In this document: positions 1 to 7,961 of the stretch, piece by piece | How the letters are laid out: every line of letters starts with the position of its first letter | Position numbering within the stretch: the first letter of the stretch is position 1 | Virus record (IMG/VR): IMGVR_UViG_3300020473_000010 | Location: 124,001 to 188,000 of that record | Length of the DNA: 64,000 nt | Strand: one strand, 5' to 3' | Program-made: the position numbers and the translations under genes | The notes under the pieces: model-generated | The model's input: the letters and a program-made list of their open reading frames with translations, nothing else | Told to the model about the DNA's origin: nothing | Database searches by the model: none

Positions 1-159
1 TAAAGGTTTGTTAGAATTTAAAAATGAATTTATTAATTCCTGTAGCTCTAAAGCATATTCGGAATTTAATAAATTCATTTCTTTTGCCATGGATCGAGTA
101 TTTTTCACCATTCTAGCGGAAGAAACTAGTCGTTTTTTTGATACTCGAGATAATCCCAC
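1..159 (-). CDS. hypothetical protein, runs off the window start (not in ORF track)
   Basis: AGGAG SD 7 nt before GTG at 159; frame open to position 1 (VGLSRVSKKRLVSSARM...). Confidence 0.55.
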   Translation of the reverse strand, partial: MGLSRVSKKRLVSSARMVKNTRSMAKEMNLLNSEYALELQELINSFLNSNKPL

Positions 160-169
160 ATTTTATCTC

Positions 170-403
170 CTAATCAAACAACGTTTGTTTTTTAGAAGAT
201 TGTTGTTCTTGAAGCTCTACAAGCATCTTTTGTAAATTAGTCTCAAATTGACTGGAATATTCCGGAGAGATTTCAATATTTCCATCTTGTACAACAAACT
301 GAATTTGCCTAAGATGGTCGACGATATCTGTTCCAGTTAAAATAGCTACCTGAAGACATTTTGCGATTTGGGCGATTGTTTGATCTGTAAATTTTGAATT
401 CAT
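170..403 (-). CDS. hypothetical protein
   Basis: 77-aa ORF tightly packed between neighbours, GGAG SD. Confidence 0.75.
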   Translation of the reverse strand: MNSKFTDQTIAQIAKCLQVAILTGTDIVDHLRQIQFVVQDGNIEISPEYSSQFETNLQKMLVELQEQQSSKKQTLFD

Positions 404-409
404 AATATT

Positions 410-754
410 TTACTCCACTTTTTCTGATTTAGCTAACAAGGGATATCCTTGCGATCTAAAGAACTTTACCACGTTAGATGATTTTGTATCCGCAATTTCT
501 TTAGAATATGGTCCTCCAGCGATTCCTTTTCCTTTTTTGTGTACTGACATCATGATTGTTGTTGCTGATTCTATTGAATGATGAAAAAAATGACACAATG
601 AAATTGTAACTAAATCCATAGGTGTATAATCATCATTATAATAAATAACCTGATATTTAGAAGGTGGCTGTATTTTATTTTTAGACTTTTCTCGATCTAA
701 TAAATCAACACCGGCTCCTGAATTGTTTTTTGTATCTTTCTTTTTTTGAGGCAT
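410..754 (-). CDS. clpS: ClpS N-degron adaptor protein (start probably MPQKK at 754)
   Basis: YQVIYYNDDYTPMDLV and MMSVHKKGKGIAG match the ClpS signature NDDYTPMEFV...VHxxGKA. Confidence 0.9.
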   Translation of the reverse strand: MPQKKKDTKNNSGAGVDLLDREKSKNKIQPPSKYQVIYYNDDYTPMDLVTISLCHFFHHSIESATTIMMSVHKKGKGIAGGPYSKEIADTKSSNVVKFFRSQGYPLLAKSEKVE

Positions 755-759
755 ATATT

Positions 760-969
760 TTAAACGTCTTGATTGAAACAATGCACAACGGCATCTCTAT
801 AGAACAAGACTTTTTCTCCTTCTTTGGGGCTACAAAGGGAAGTTTCTTGTAAAATAATCATTGTTTCGACTGTATTCCCTAAGGTAAATTCAACGATTAT
901 TTTATCACCAACAACATCATCGACTGTTCCTAGCATAAGCAAACCAGCTATCATCATTTCATTAATCAT
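760..969 (-). CDS. small hypothetical protein, possible beta-barrel
   Basis: 69-aa ORF overlapping the fpg stop (TAATG). Confidence 0.6.
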   Translation of the reverse strand: MINEMMIAGLLMLGTVDDVVGDKIIVEFTLGNTVETMIILQETSLCSPKEGEKVLFYRDAVVHCFNQDV

Positions 970-1742
970 TATTTCTGAACCTTTGGTACCCAGTATGTTG
1001 ATCTTTTATCATTTGTTTCTTCTTTTATTACTTCGTTTCCATCCGGATCTTCTTGTTTTCCATATATAAGAAACTTTGAAGGGCTGTCAGCATAAGTTTC
1101 GTTAACTTGATATGATTCTTTCATTACTTGCTTAATTGATCTATTAAGTACTGCTAATTCTCCATCTGATAAATCCCCAACATGGCGGTGAGGTGAAATT
1201 TGGGCTAGCCATAAAGAATCAGCTTTTATATAATTCCCTATTCCAGAAACTATGGATTGATCCATTAAAGCCTTGGTAATACCCCATGAGTCTTTATTTC
1301 GTAATCTTGCTATAAAATCTTTGTCCGATAAATCTTCTGAAAGCATATCAGGACCTAAAGATTTTAGCTTATTTATCATGTTGTGTTTACCGCGGACAAA
1401 TTTCAAAGTACCAAAATTACGTTGGTCATTAAAAAATACTTTGGTTTTATCTGATAAAACAAATTTTATTCTAGAATGGTTCGTTTGAGAGTTTGACCAA
1501 AAACCTGTCATGCCAAACGTAGAATATATAAATGTTTCTTTTTCACAAATCCAGTAACAAAATTTTCCATGGACTCCAGGTCCAATGATTTTTAACGGCA
1601 ATTGTTTAAGAAAATCCTCATATCCTGAAGGGGATTTCTTACTGTATCTTCCAGAAAGTATTTCTATAGAAATTATTGTTTTTCCGGAAATTTGAGAAGC
1701 TAATTGTTCTCCGTTTCTTTTAACCTCTGGTCCTTCTGGCAT
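969..1742 (-). CDS. Fpg/Nei family DNA glycosylase/AP lyase without zinc finger
   Basis: N-terminal MPEGPEV, HGKF, FGMTG, DQRNFG, LGPD, H2TH motif LMDQSIVSGIGNYIKAD; C-terminal RSTYWVPKVQK lacks CxxC. Confidence 0.92.
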   Translation of the reverse strand: MPEGPEVKRNGEQLASQISGKTIISIEILSGRYSKKSPSGYEDFLKQLPLKIIGPGVHGKFCYWICEKETFIYSTFGMTGFWSNSQTNHSRIKFVLSDKTKVFFNDQRNFGTLKFVRGKHNMINKLKSLGPDMLSEDLSDKDFIARLRNKDSWGITKALMDQSIVSGIGNYIKADSLWLAQISPHRHVGDLSDGELAVLNRSIKQVMKESYQVNETYADSPSKFLIYGKQEDPDGNEVIKEETNDKRSTYWVPKVQK

Positions 1743-1768
1743 GATTTCTCCGAGTTGCTATTATTTAA

Positions 1769-1797
1769 ATTATAATGAAAAATATCTAAATTTACAA
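1769..1797 (-). promoter_or_regulatory. sigma70-like promoter for fpg-clpS block
   Basis: TTGTAA-17 nt-TATAAT. Confidence 0.7.
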
Positions 1798-1811
1798 CTA
1801 GTTTTTTCAAA

Positions 1812-1838
1812 TCAAAAGAGGGTTTCTAACCCCTTTTC
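1812..1838 (-). terminator. probable intrinsic terminator
   Basis: AAGGGGTT-AGA-AACCCTCTTTT imperfect hairpin followed by T-rich tail. Confidence 0.55.
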
Positions 1839-1913
1839 ATTTCCACGATATTTGCACCCTTAAAGTGCCCTTCTATAATTATGGAAGTCCAGAGAACCCT
1901 ACAAATTTGAAAT

Positions 1914-2237
1914 TTATATCATTTTTAAAAGACCAAGCGCAATTCCCATTGCGAACTGTACAACCATAAATATGGTAACCGCTTTGGTTTTAAACATTTT
2001 CAGGTGTTCTATGTCGTTTTTCAGTTCTTGCATTTGGACTGGAGATACAACATCATCAATCCTTTCTTTCCATTTTACAAGCTCTTGCACTTTATCTTCT
2101 CTTGCCTGAATTAAAGCAATTTCCTGTTTTAATTCAGTAACCTGCTGTTGCAATTGTTGAATTCCTAATGCGAGAGTTTCTAATTCTTTTAAAACTAATT
2201 TAGAATATTCTCCCCACCCATTTTCGCCAGACGCCAT
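1914..2237 (-). CDS. coiled-coil protein with C-terminal transmembrane helix (possible lysis/membrane protein)
   Basis: heptad-rich core, hydrophobic C-terminus AVTIFMVVQFAMGIALGLL, AAGGAG SD, late-type motif at 2307-2314. Confidence 0.7.
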   Translation of the reverse strand: MASGENGWGEYSKLVLKELETLALGIQQLQQQVTELKQEIALIQAREDKVQELVKWKERIDDVVSPVQMQELKNDIEHLKMFKTKAVTIFMVVQFAMGIALGLLKMI

Positions 2238-2315
2238 CTTAGTCTCCTTTCACTAACTCGTGATCTGAAAAGTTTCAAACTAAAAACAACACTGACAAAC
2301 TTAACCATAAGTATG

Positions 2316-3038
2316 TTAAAGAGACGGAATATTCGGAAGATTTTTAAGCTGACGATAACTGTCAATAGATGAAGGCCATAAAGAATTTGCAATGACGAGG
2401 CAAGCCTCTGCTACTCTTTGGATTTCCCATTGTGCACCACTATGGGTTCTAAGGTTAATAAATTTAATTAAATTATTTAGATTGCAAGTTCCGTAATATT
2501 CGGTATACATATTTTGGGGCAAAACTCCGCGGGCTTGTTCACGGCATACACCAGCTTTCATTAAGTCGTTATACAATTTTACAGACGCTTGATTATGTTG
2601 ACAAACAATTGTTGATGCCTTTAGTCCAAATTCAGTATCTGCAAGATCTGGTACCATAACTGGATCTATTAAGCTCTCCGTGTTTGAGGCTTGACGATTA
2701 CTTTTATGCTGCGTTCTAAAAGACTTTGGTTCATAAAACCTTAGATTTTCAGCAGTGTAGCGACGACTAATTTCATTATAAGACCAAGTACGATGACGAT
2801 GGTGCTGACTCCGAACAAACAAAGGAACAACAAAACGGAATGTAACCACATTATGCTCAAGCGTTGAAGTGTGTTGATGTTTAATAAGATATTTAACCAA
2901 TTTTTCATCTTTCTCATCCATTGATTCTTTTTGTTTTCCAAAAGATACTCTTGCTGCATTAACAATTGTAATATCTTCTCCCATGTGTTGAACATATTCA
3001 ACGCAACCAATTCCATCTTTATATAAATCTATTTTCAC
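2316..3038 (-). CDS. thyX: flavin-dependent thymidylate synthase
   Basis: NAARVSF, HTSTLEH, RHRTWSYNEISRRY (RHRx7SxR), EQARGVLP, AQWEI. Confidence 0.95.
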   Translation of the reverse strand: MKIDLYKDGIGCVEYVQHMGEDITIVNAARVSFGKQKESMDEKDEKLVKYLIKHQHTSTLEHNVVTFRFVVPLFVRSQHHRHRTWSYNEISRRYTAENLRFYEPKSFRTQHKSNRQASNTESLIDPVMVPDLADTEFGLKASTIVCQHNQASVKLYNDLMKAGVCREQARGVLPQNMYTEYYGTCNLNNLIKFINLRTHSGAQWEIQRVAEACLVIANSLWPSSIDSYRQLKNLPNIPSL

Positions 3039-3163
3039 ATTTCCTCCTTTGGGAGAGTTTTATCATGAATCCAAATAGCTAATTTTTTCAAACCAAGCAA
3101 ATTACATACTTCCATCAAAGGGTGTCCAAATATATTATGGATAGTATATTTAAATTTTTTCAT
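3035..3163 (-). CDS. 42-aa hypothetical protein (not in ORF track)
   Basis: MKKFKYTIHNIFGHPLMEVCNLLGLKKLAIWIHDKTLPKEEM; 4-nt overlaps with both neighbours. Confidence 0.65.
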   Translation of the reverse strand: MKKFKYTIHNIFGHPLMEVCNLLGLKKLAIWIHDKTLPKEEM

Positions 3164-4014
3164 TTAGATTTGTCCTCAAAAAATTCTTTATATAAATCTA
3201 TATTTTTGTTTATTTCTTCGTCAGCCCAAGTCTTTATAAAATCGGGAACTCTATTTTCATAATATTCCATATTTTTTCGTTGAGATTTAATAGTTTTATT
3301 GTGAATAAAATCGTAAAGATCAAATGATTGAGCCCTGAAAAAATCTATGTTTTCTATAAATGAATTAACAAGAGACTCTTCTGCATTAACAAATTTGCCT
3401 AAATCGCCAAAGAATTTTTGAGGATTGTTTTTAAGATCTTCAAATCTTAAAATAATTTTTTTTCCTGTATGAGACTTGTAGTATTTTAAATTGCTAAAAT
3501 ATTCCGGAAAGAAATTTTGGAAAACATTTGATTCTCCTCTGAGGGTGCGAACTGTGTATTCTCTATAAAATAATTCTCTTGGATTTCTTAAAATCATGAT
3601 AATATTATCTTTTTCTGGATCGAATGGCCAGTCGCCAATGTTTTTGTCGGATTCTACAATATGCCTTTTGAAAATTGGTTTTCCATAAAAAAACCCTTCC
3701 CGGTCAATCCATGGAAAATTATTGTCCGGAGTTAAAAGCAACAAAGGGCCGTCTAAACCATCTCCTTCAGCAGACAATACTTCATTTGTATAAGGGTCTA
3801 GCTGAACCATAAAATATCCCCATGTTGGCCTACGAGTAACTATCTCTAAAAAATAACGAGTAAACGTATTTCCCGAATGAGGAAATGATAACAATATATC
3901 GTTATTTTCTTTTCGTACTTTTGGATACACAGTTAGATTAAATCTAATCTTTGGTCTAGATTGTGTTGGAGAATCTGTTTTGTATTCAAAATTTAGTGGT
4001 TTAGTTTTAGCCAT
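3160..4014 (-). CDS. sulfotransferase-like protein
   Basis: 5'-PSB loop LLSFPHSGNTFTRYFL, 3'-PB motif ILRNPRE, LRFEDL. Confidence 0.7.
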   Translation of the reverse strand: MAKTKPLNFEYKTDSPTQSRPKIRFNLTVYPKVRKENNDILLSFPHSGNTFTRYFLEIVTRRPTWGYFMVQLDPYTNEVLSAEGDGLDGPLLLLTPDNNFPWIDREGFFYGKPIFKRHIVESDKNIGDWPFDPEKDNIIMILRNPRELFYREYTVRTLRGESNVFQNFFPEYFSNLKYYKSHTGKKIILRFEDLKNNPQKFFGDLGKFVNAEESLVNSFIENIDFFRAQSFDLYDFIHNKTIKSQRKNMEYYENRVPDFIKTWADEEINKNIDLYKEFFEDKSK

Positions 4015-4026
4015 GTATAATCTCCC

Positions 4027-5001
4027 CTAATAATTCTTAATTAAAACTTCAATTGAATTTGCGCCAGTTCCATGGTTGTGCCGGCCGGCAGTATATTTTA
4101 CTTTGTGATATTTGCAACTAAAATCATCATTAAATTTATCAGCAAACCAACCCTGGGTTATTGTACCCTGATCGGCAACCCAGTTATTTGGAAAAACCTC
4201 TCTGTTACTTAGAGCGACAAGACATTCGGCTTTATGCGCGTCGTTTAAAAAATCACACAAACGGATTTGATCGGTATCACTAAAAACTCCTGCAGAATTA
4301 TATTTCGCGAAAGATCGCCTATATGGAGGATCTGCATAAAACCAATTTCCTTTCCCGAAAAAAGCTTGGGTTTTTTCAAAATCTCCAGACATAAGAATAC
4401 ATGTATCAATAAACTCTGCAAACTTTTTTAATTTTGATATATCAAATAATTTCCCCGGGTGTTTCCAGGTCATTAACCCTGCTGGAGAAGCATAGCGAAA
4501 ATTAAAGTTAGATGACGTTTGCCAAATTCCGTTAAACCCTGTCTGTAATAAATAAAACAAAGCTGCAGCTTGTTCTGTTGGGCTCATAGAATATGGATGA
4601 AGAGCATACTGGTTCCTTAAATCGTAATAATATTTTTTCCTATCGGCAGGTGTTGATTGATTTGCATAACCTTTTAAAACATGATCTAGATACTCTTTTT
4701 CAAAAGTATTATAATGAGCCTTTTTCATTCCTTGGTACATTATTATAAGTTCTTCACAACCTTCATTAAGAACAATGTTTGTATTTGGATAATTTTTCTT
4801 TACCCACTGAGCTACGCACCCAGAGCCGGCAAACATATCAATGAATAGATCTGGTTCTTCATTAGGAAAAAAACCGGACAGGTGGTATTTTTTAAACATT
4901 CTGTTTTTACCACCTGCCCATTTAAAAGGCGGTCTATCTGATTTTATAATATTTTTAATCTGAACCGAAGTATTCGTCTTCAGGTAATCCCAAGTCTTCA
5001 T
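4027..5001 (-). CDS. Dam-family (D12 class) DNA N6-adenine methyltransferase
   Basis: PFKWAGGK, DMFAGSG, GFNG, YADPPY; GGAG SD supports a start at 5001 overlapping the glutamine synthetase end. Confidence 0.9.
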   Translation of the reverse strand: MKTWDYLKTNTSVQIKNIIKSDRPPFKWAGGKNRMFKKYHLSGFFPNEEPDLFIDMFAGSGCVAQWVKKNYPNTNIVLNEGCEELIIMYQGMKKAHYNTFEKEYLDHVLKGYANQSTPADRKKYYYDLRNQYALHPYSMSPTEQAAALFYLLQTGFNGIWQTSSNFNFRYASPAGLMTWKHPGKLFDISKLKKFAEFIDTCILMSGDFEKTQAFFGKGNWFYADPPYRRSFAKYNSAGVFSDTDQIRLCDFLNDAHKAECLVALSNREVFPNNWVADQGTITQGWFADKFNDDFSCKYHKVKYTAGRHNHGTGANSIEVLIKNY

Positions 5002-6013
5002 ATGTCGTTGTCTCCGTAATAAGATATGCCACGACATATGGATCTATATTGGATGCCGGGCGTCTATCTTCAATATACCCTTTCCAATCATTTTGTTCAA
5101 CACTATTTGGGATTCTTATTGATGCTCCACGGTCGCCTACACCATATGAAAATTTACTAATATGCTGAGTTTCATGTTGGCCTGTAAGTCTTTTGTGGTT
5201 ATCTTGACCGTACCCTTGGATATGTTCGTTATGGCGCTGGTGAAACTTATCCATTAACTGAAGCATTTTATCCTTTGACCAATTTTTCCTCATATCTTTA
5301 GTACTAAAATTTGTGTGGCAGCCGCTTCCGTTCCAGTCTCCCGTGACAGGTTTTGGAGTAATATCTATGTCCCAACCTTGTTTTTCAGCTAGTCGATATA
5401 AGAGATATCTTGACATCCATAAGTCATCACATGCTTTGAGTGTATCTTTTGCGAAACACTGATATTCCCATTGTCCTACAGCTACCTCTGCATTAATACC
5501 GGTTAACTCTATTCCCATTGTTAGACACCAATGCAGGTGGCTTTGCACAAACTCTCTACCGACGACTTGGTTTCCACCGACTCCACAATAATATAACCCT
5601 TGAGGTCGAGGATATCCACCTGTTGGAAACCCAAGAGGGGCAAAGTCTTTTGTAATAAAATATTCTTGTTCAAATCCCCACCAAAATTTTTGAGATTTTG
5701 TGTTGTTGTAAATATCTTTTAATTTTGCACGAGTATTTGTTTCGTGGGGAGTTCCGTCGGGATTTAATACTTCACAAAAAACATAAACAGTGTTTGTTCC
5801 GTCGTTATAACACCGAACTGGTTTTAAAAGACATTCTGATGAAGATCCTGGAGCTTGTTGGGTTGATGACCCATCAAAATTCCATACCGGCAAATCTTCC
5901 GGTTTTGGAAACGTATCTTCTAATTCCATTACCTTTAGTTTAGACCGAAGATTTGGGGTTTCATACCCGTCTAACCAAATATATTCTAACCAAACTTTAT
6001 CACTCATTTTCAT
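4955..6013 (-). CDS. glutamine synthetase type II
   Basis: EYIWLDG, WNFDGSSTQQAPG, GFEQEY, PQGLYYCGVG, INAEVAVGQWEYQ, DWNGSGCHTNFS, RLTGQHET, RGASIRIP, GYIEDRRPASNIDPY; ~350 aa GSII size. Confidence 0.95.
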   Translation of the reverse strand: MKMSDKVWLEYIWLDGYETPNLRSKLKVMELEDTFPKPEDLPVWNFDGSSTQQAPGSSSECLLKPVRCYNDGTNTVYVFCEVLNPDGTPHETNTRAKLKDIYNNTKSQKFWWGFEQEYFITKDFAPLGFPTGGYPRPQGLYYCGVGGNQVVGREFVQSHLHWCLTMGIELTGINAEVAVGQWEYQCFAKDTLKACDDLWMSRYLLYRLAEKQGWDIDITPKPVTGDWNGSGCHTNFSTKDMRKNWSKDKMLQLMDKFHQRHNEHIQGYGQDNHKRLTGQHETQHISKFSYGVGDRGASIRIPNSVEQNDWKGYIEDRRPASNIDPYVVAYLITETTTYEDLGLPEDEYFGSD

Positions 6014-6419
6014 TCCTTTTTATTTTATTGTGAACGTGAGGTGCTATTGGAACTGGTTCTCCATCTCCATCAATCCTCACAAAAGTCATTATGCAATCGC
6101 AAATTAATTTTTGAGTACCATTATAAACGCTGTGTCTTCTAGCTTCTAGAGCAATTTGTACTGAAGTTTTTCCTATTTTCACAACTTTCCCATACACTTT
6201 AATTATTTGCCCAGGTCTAGAAGGTGCTGTAAATGATATATCAGAGATGTGTCTTGTCACAACCCTTCCTGTGTCTGCTACTTGAGCAGCAAGAGCCGCT
6301 CCAGCTTCATCAAGCCAAGCTAACATTACTCCGCCAAATAAATTTCCATGAGTTCCCACATCTTTTGTTTTGCATATATGTGTAGAAATTAATTGATGTT
6401 CATACCAGTGAAGAGGCAT
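6000..6419 (-). CDS. hotdog-fold acyl-CoA thioesterase (YciA-like)
   Basis: DVGTHGNLFGGVMLAWLDEAG, VVKIGKTS, TFVRIDGDGEPVPI. Confidence 0.85.
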   Translation of the reverse strand: MPLHWYEHQLISTHICKTKDVGTHGNLFGGVMLAWLDEAGAALAAQVADTGRVVTRHISDISFTAPSRPGQIIKVYGKVVKIGKTSVQIALEARRHSVYNGTQKLICDCIMTFVRIDGDGEPVPIAPHVHNKIKRNENE

Positions 6420-6422
6420 TAA

Positions 6423-7322
6423 TTATCCCTTTAATTGCTCGAGCATTTCTGCTATATCTAATCCACCGACGTCGATTTTTCTTTTCGAACAATGATAATG
6501 GCTCATAAACCCTCTAAAAGAACCTTTGGCGCATTCGGGGTCATAAGCCCATTTCGTAGATGGCGCCTCTAGAGGAATTCCGCATCCTTCATGGACTGCT
6601 TTCCATAAGGCTTTTAATGCCTCGAGTTGCTCTGGATAAAACCAAGTAAACGTATCTAATTCTTTATTTTGCGCTAATGCACCGGTCATTAATGGACGCT
6701 TTTTTCCAAGGTTTTTTAAATACCATCCTTGGTATTTTTCATAATATGCATTAGATATTTCTACACCAATAGAATATTTGTTAACATTTCTATTTCCTGC
6801 ATGCCAACAAGAATCATTTAAATCGTGTAACTGAATGATTGATCCATCATTGTCTATACAGAAGTGCACAGAGACCCCACGTTTCGCGAGAACCTTTGCG
6901 CAACTCATACTACTTAGGCAAACATCCCAATGGTTTACAAATGACTTTATGGTGCGTTTACGGCTGTTCTTAGTAACGCCAGTACTGATTGGATAAGGAA
7001 ACCCAGGATCTTTGAAAGTATGGACTTTATCTGAAGGCCAGTCAATTTTAATAGGGGTGTCTCTCCACCAAATTACATCTGAAGAATCTGTAACCCACCC
7101 TGTTTTTTCTAGATCTCTTTTTGCCTCTTGATCTGAGTTTATATGTCTAAATGTTCCTGGCCCACAAAGACCATCTGCTGTCAATTTTCTAGATTTTTGA
7201 TATTTCCTAATTGCAGCTGTAAGCTTGTTGTCAAAAAGTTTGTGGCCGGGAATAAACCAATTAGGTTCCCAGCCAAGTTTTGAAGCCGAAGCTTCATTAT
7301 AAAATTCTCTATCGATAGCCAT
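6423..7322 (-). CDS. endolysin: peptidoglycan-binding domain plus N-acetylmuramoyl-L-alanine amidase (Amidase_2)
   Basis: AAIRKYQ...LTADGLCGPGT; NHWD, SVHFCID, WHAG...NKYSIGVEI, SHYH...KIDVG. Confidence 0.85.
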   Translation of the reverse strand: MAIDREFYNEASASKLGWEPNWFIPGHKLFDNKLTAAIRKYQKSRKLTADGLCGPGTFRHINSDQEAKRDLEKTGWVTDSSDVIWWRDTPIKIDWPSDKVHTFKDPGFPYPISTGVTKNSRKRTIKSFVNHWDVCLSSMSCAKVLAKRGVSVHFCIDNDGSIIQLHDLNDSCWHAGNRNVNKYSIGVEISNAYYEKYQGWYLKNLGKKRPLMTGALAQNKELDTFTWFYPEQLEALKALWKAVHEGCGIPLEAPSTKWAYDPECAKGSFRGFMSHYHCSKRKIDVGGLDIAEMLEQLKG

Positions 7323-7334
7323 TAGTTTTCTCCT

Positions 7335-7952
7335 CTAACTCTCCTCTGGAATTGCTAGATTTATATCAACAGATACATCAACTTGTAAAATTGGCATGCC
7401 TATTTTATCAGCGATTCCGAGTTTTTTAGCTTTCTTTGGTGTGACAAACCAATCTGCTCTGCCTCGTCTTTGGACTTCTTTATAAAAATAATCACGAGGT
7501 TTCTTACAGTTGTCTGATAGAATCTCATAAATCTTTTTATTTAACCTTTTTGTTTCTTTAGCTGAAGCTTGGATTTCTTCATTTTTCCCCCAAGCTCCAC
7601 TAGATACATCATGTATCATCAATGTTGCTTCAGAGGTAATAAACCTTAACCCTTCTGTTCCACAGGAAAAGAGGATTACTCCACAACTCATTGCTTTTCC
7701 TTCTACTATAGTTGCAACCGGTAAGGTGGATGATTTGATAGCAGAAATCATGCTCATCAATGAATATACTTGCCCGCCATAGCTGTCAATAACAACTGGG
7801 ATAACTGACTGCCCTGTATTTTGAGCTAATGCCATTTTTGCAGCGAATTCATCGGCAGATTGTTCATCGAATTTATTAACCCTAATAATAACTGGATTAT
7901 GCCTTAATTCTAGTTCTTTAATCTTGGGATCCATATTTGTTAACCAATGCAT
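7335..7952 (-). CDS. ClpP-like serine protease (S14)
   Basis: IDSYGG, VEGKAMSCG (Ser), LMIHDVS (His), DWFVTPKKAKKLGIADKI (Asp). Confidence 0.85.
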   Translation of the reverse strand: MHWLTNMDPKIKELELRHNPVIIRVNKFDEQSADEFAAKMALAQNTGQSVIPVVIDSYGGQVYSLMSMISAIKSSTLPVATIVEGKAMSCGVILFSCGTEGLRFITSEATLMIHDVSSGAWGKNEEIQASAKETKRLNKKIYEILSDNCKKPRDYFYKEVQRRGRADWFVTPKKAKKLGIADKIGMPILQVDVSVDINLAIPEES

Positions 7953-7961
7953 TTTTTCTCC

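Noticed and set aside
126-161. ATG-started ORF at 161
   Set aside because: Stops after 11 codons; the overlapping GTG at 159 gives the open frame with good SD spacing.
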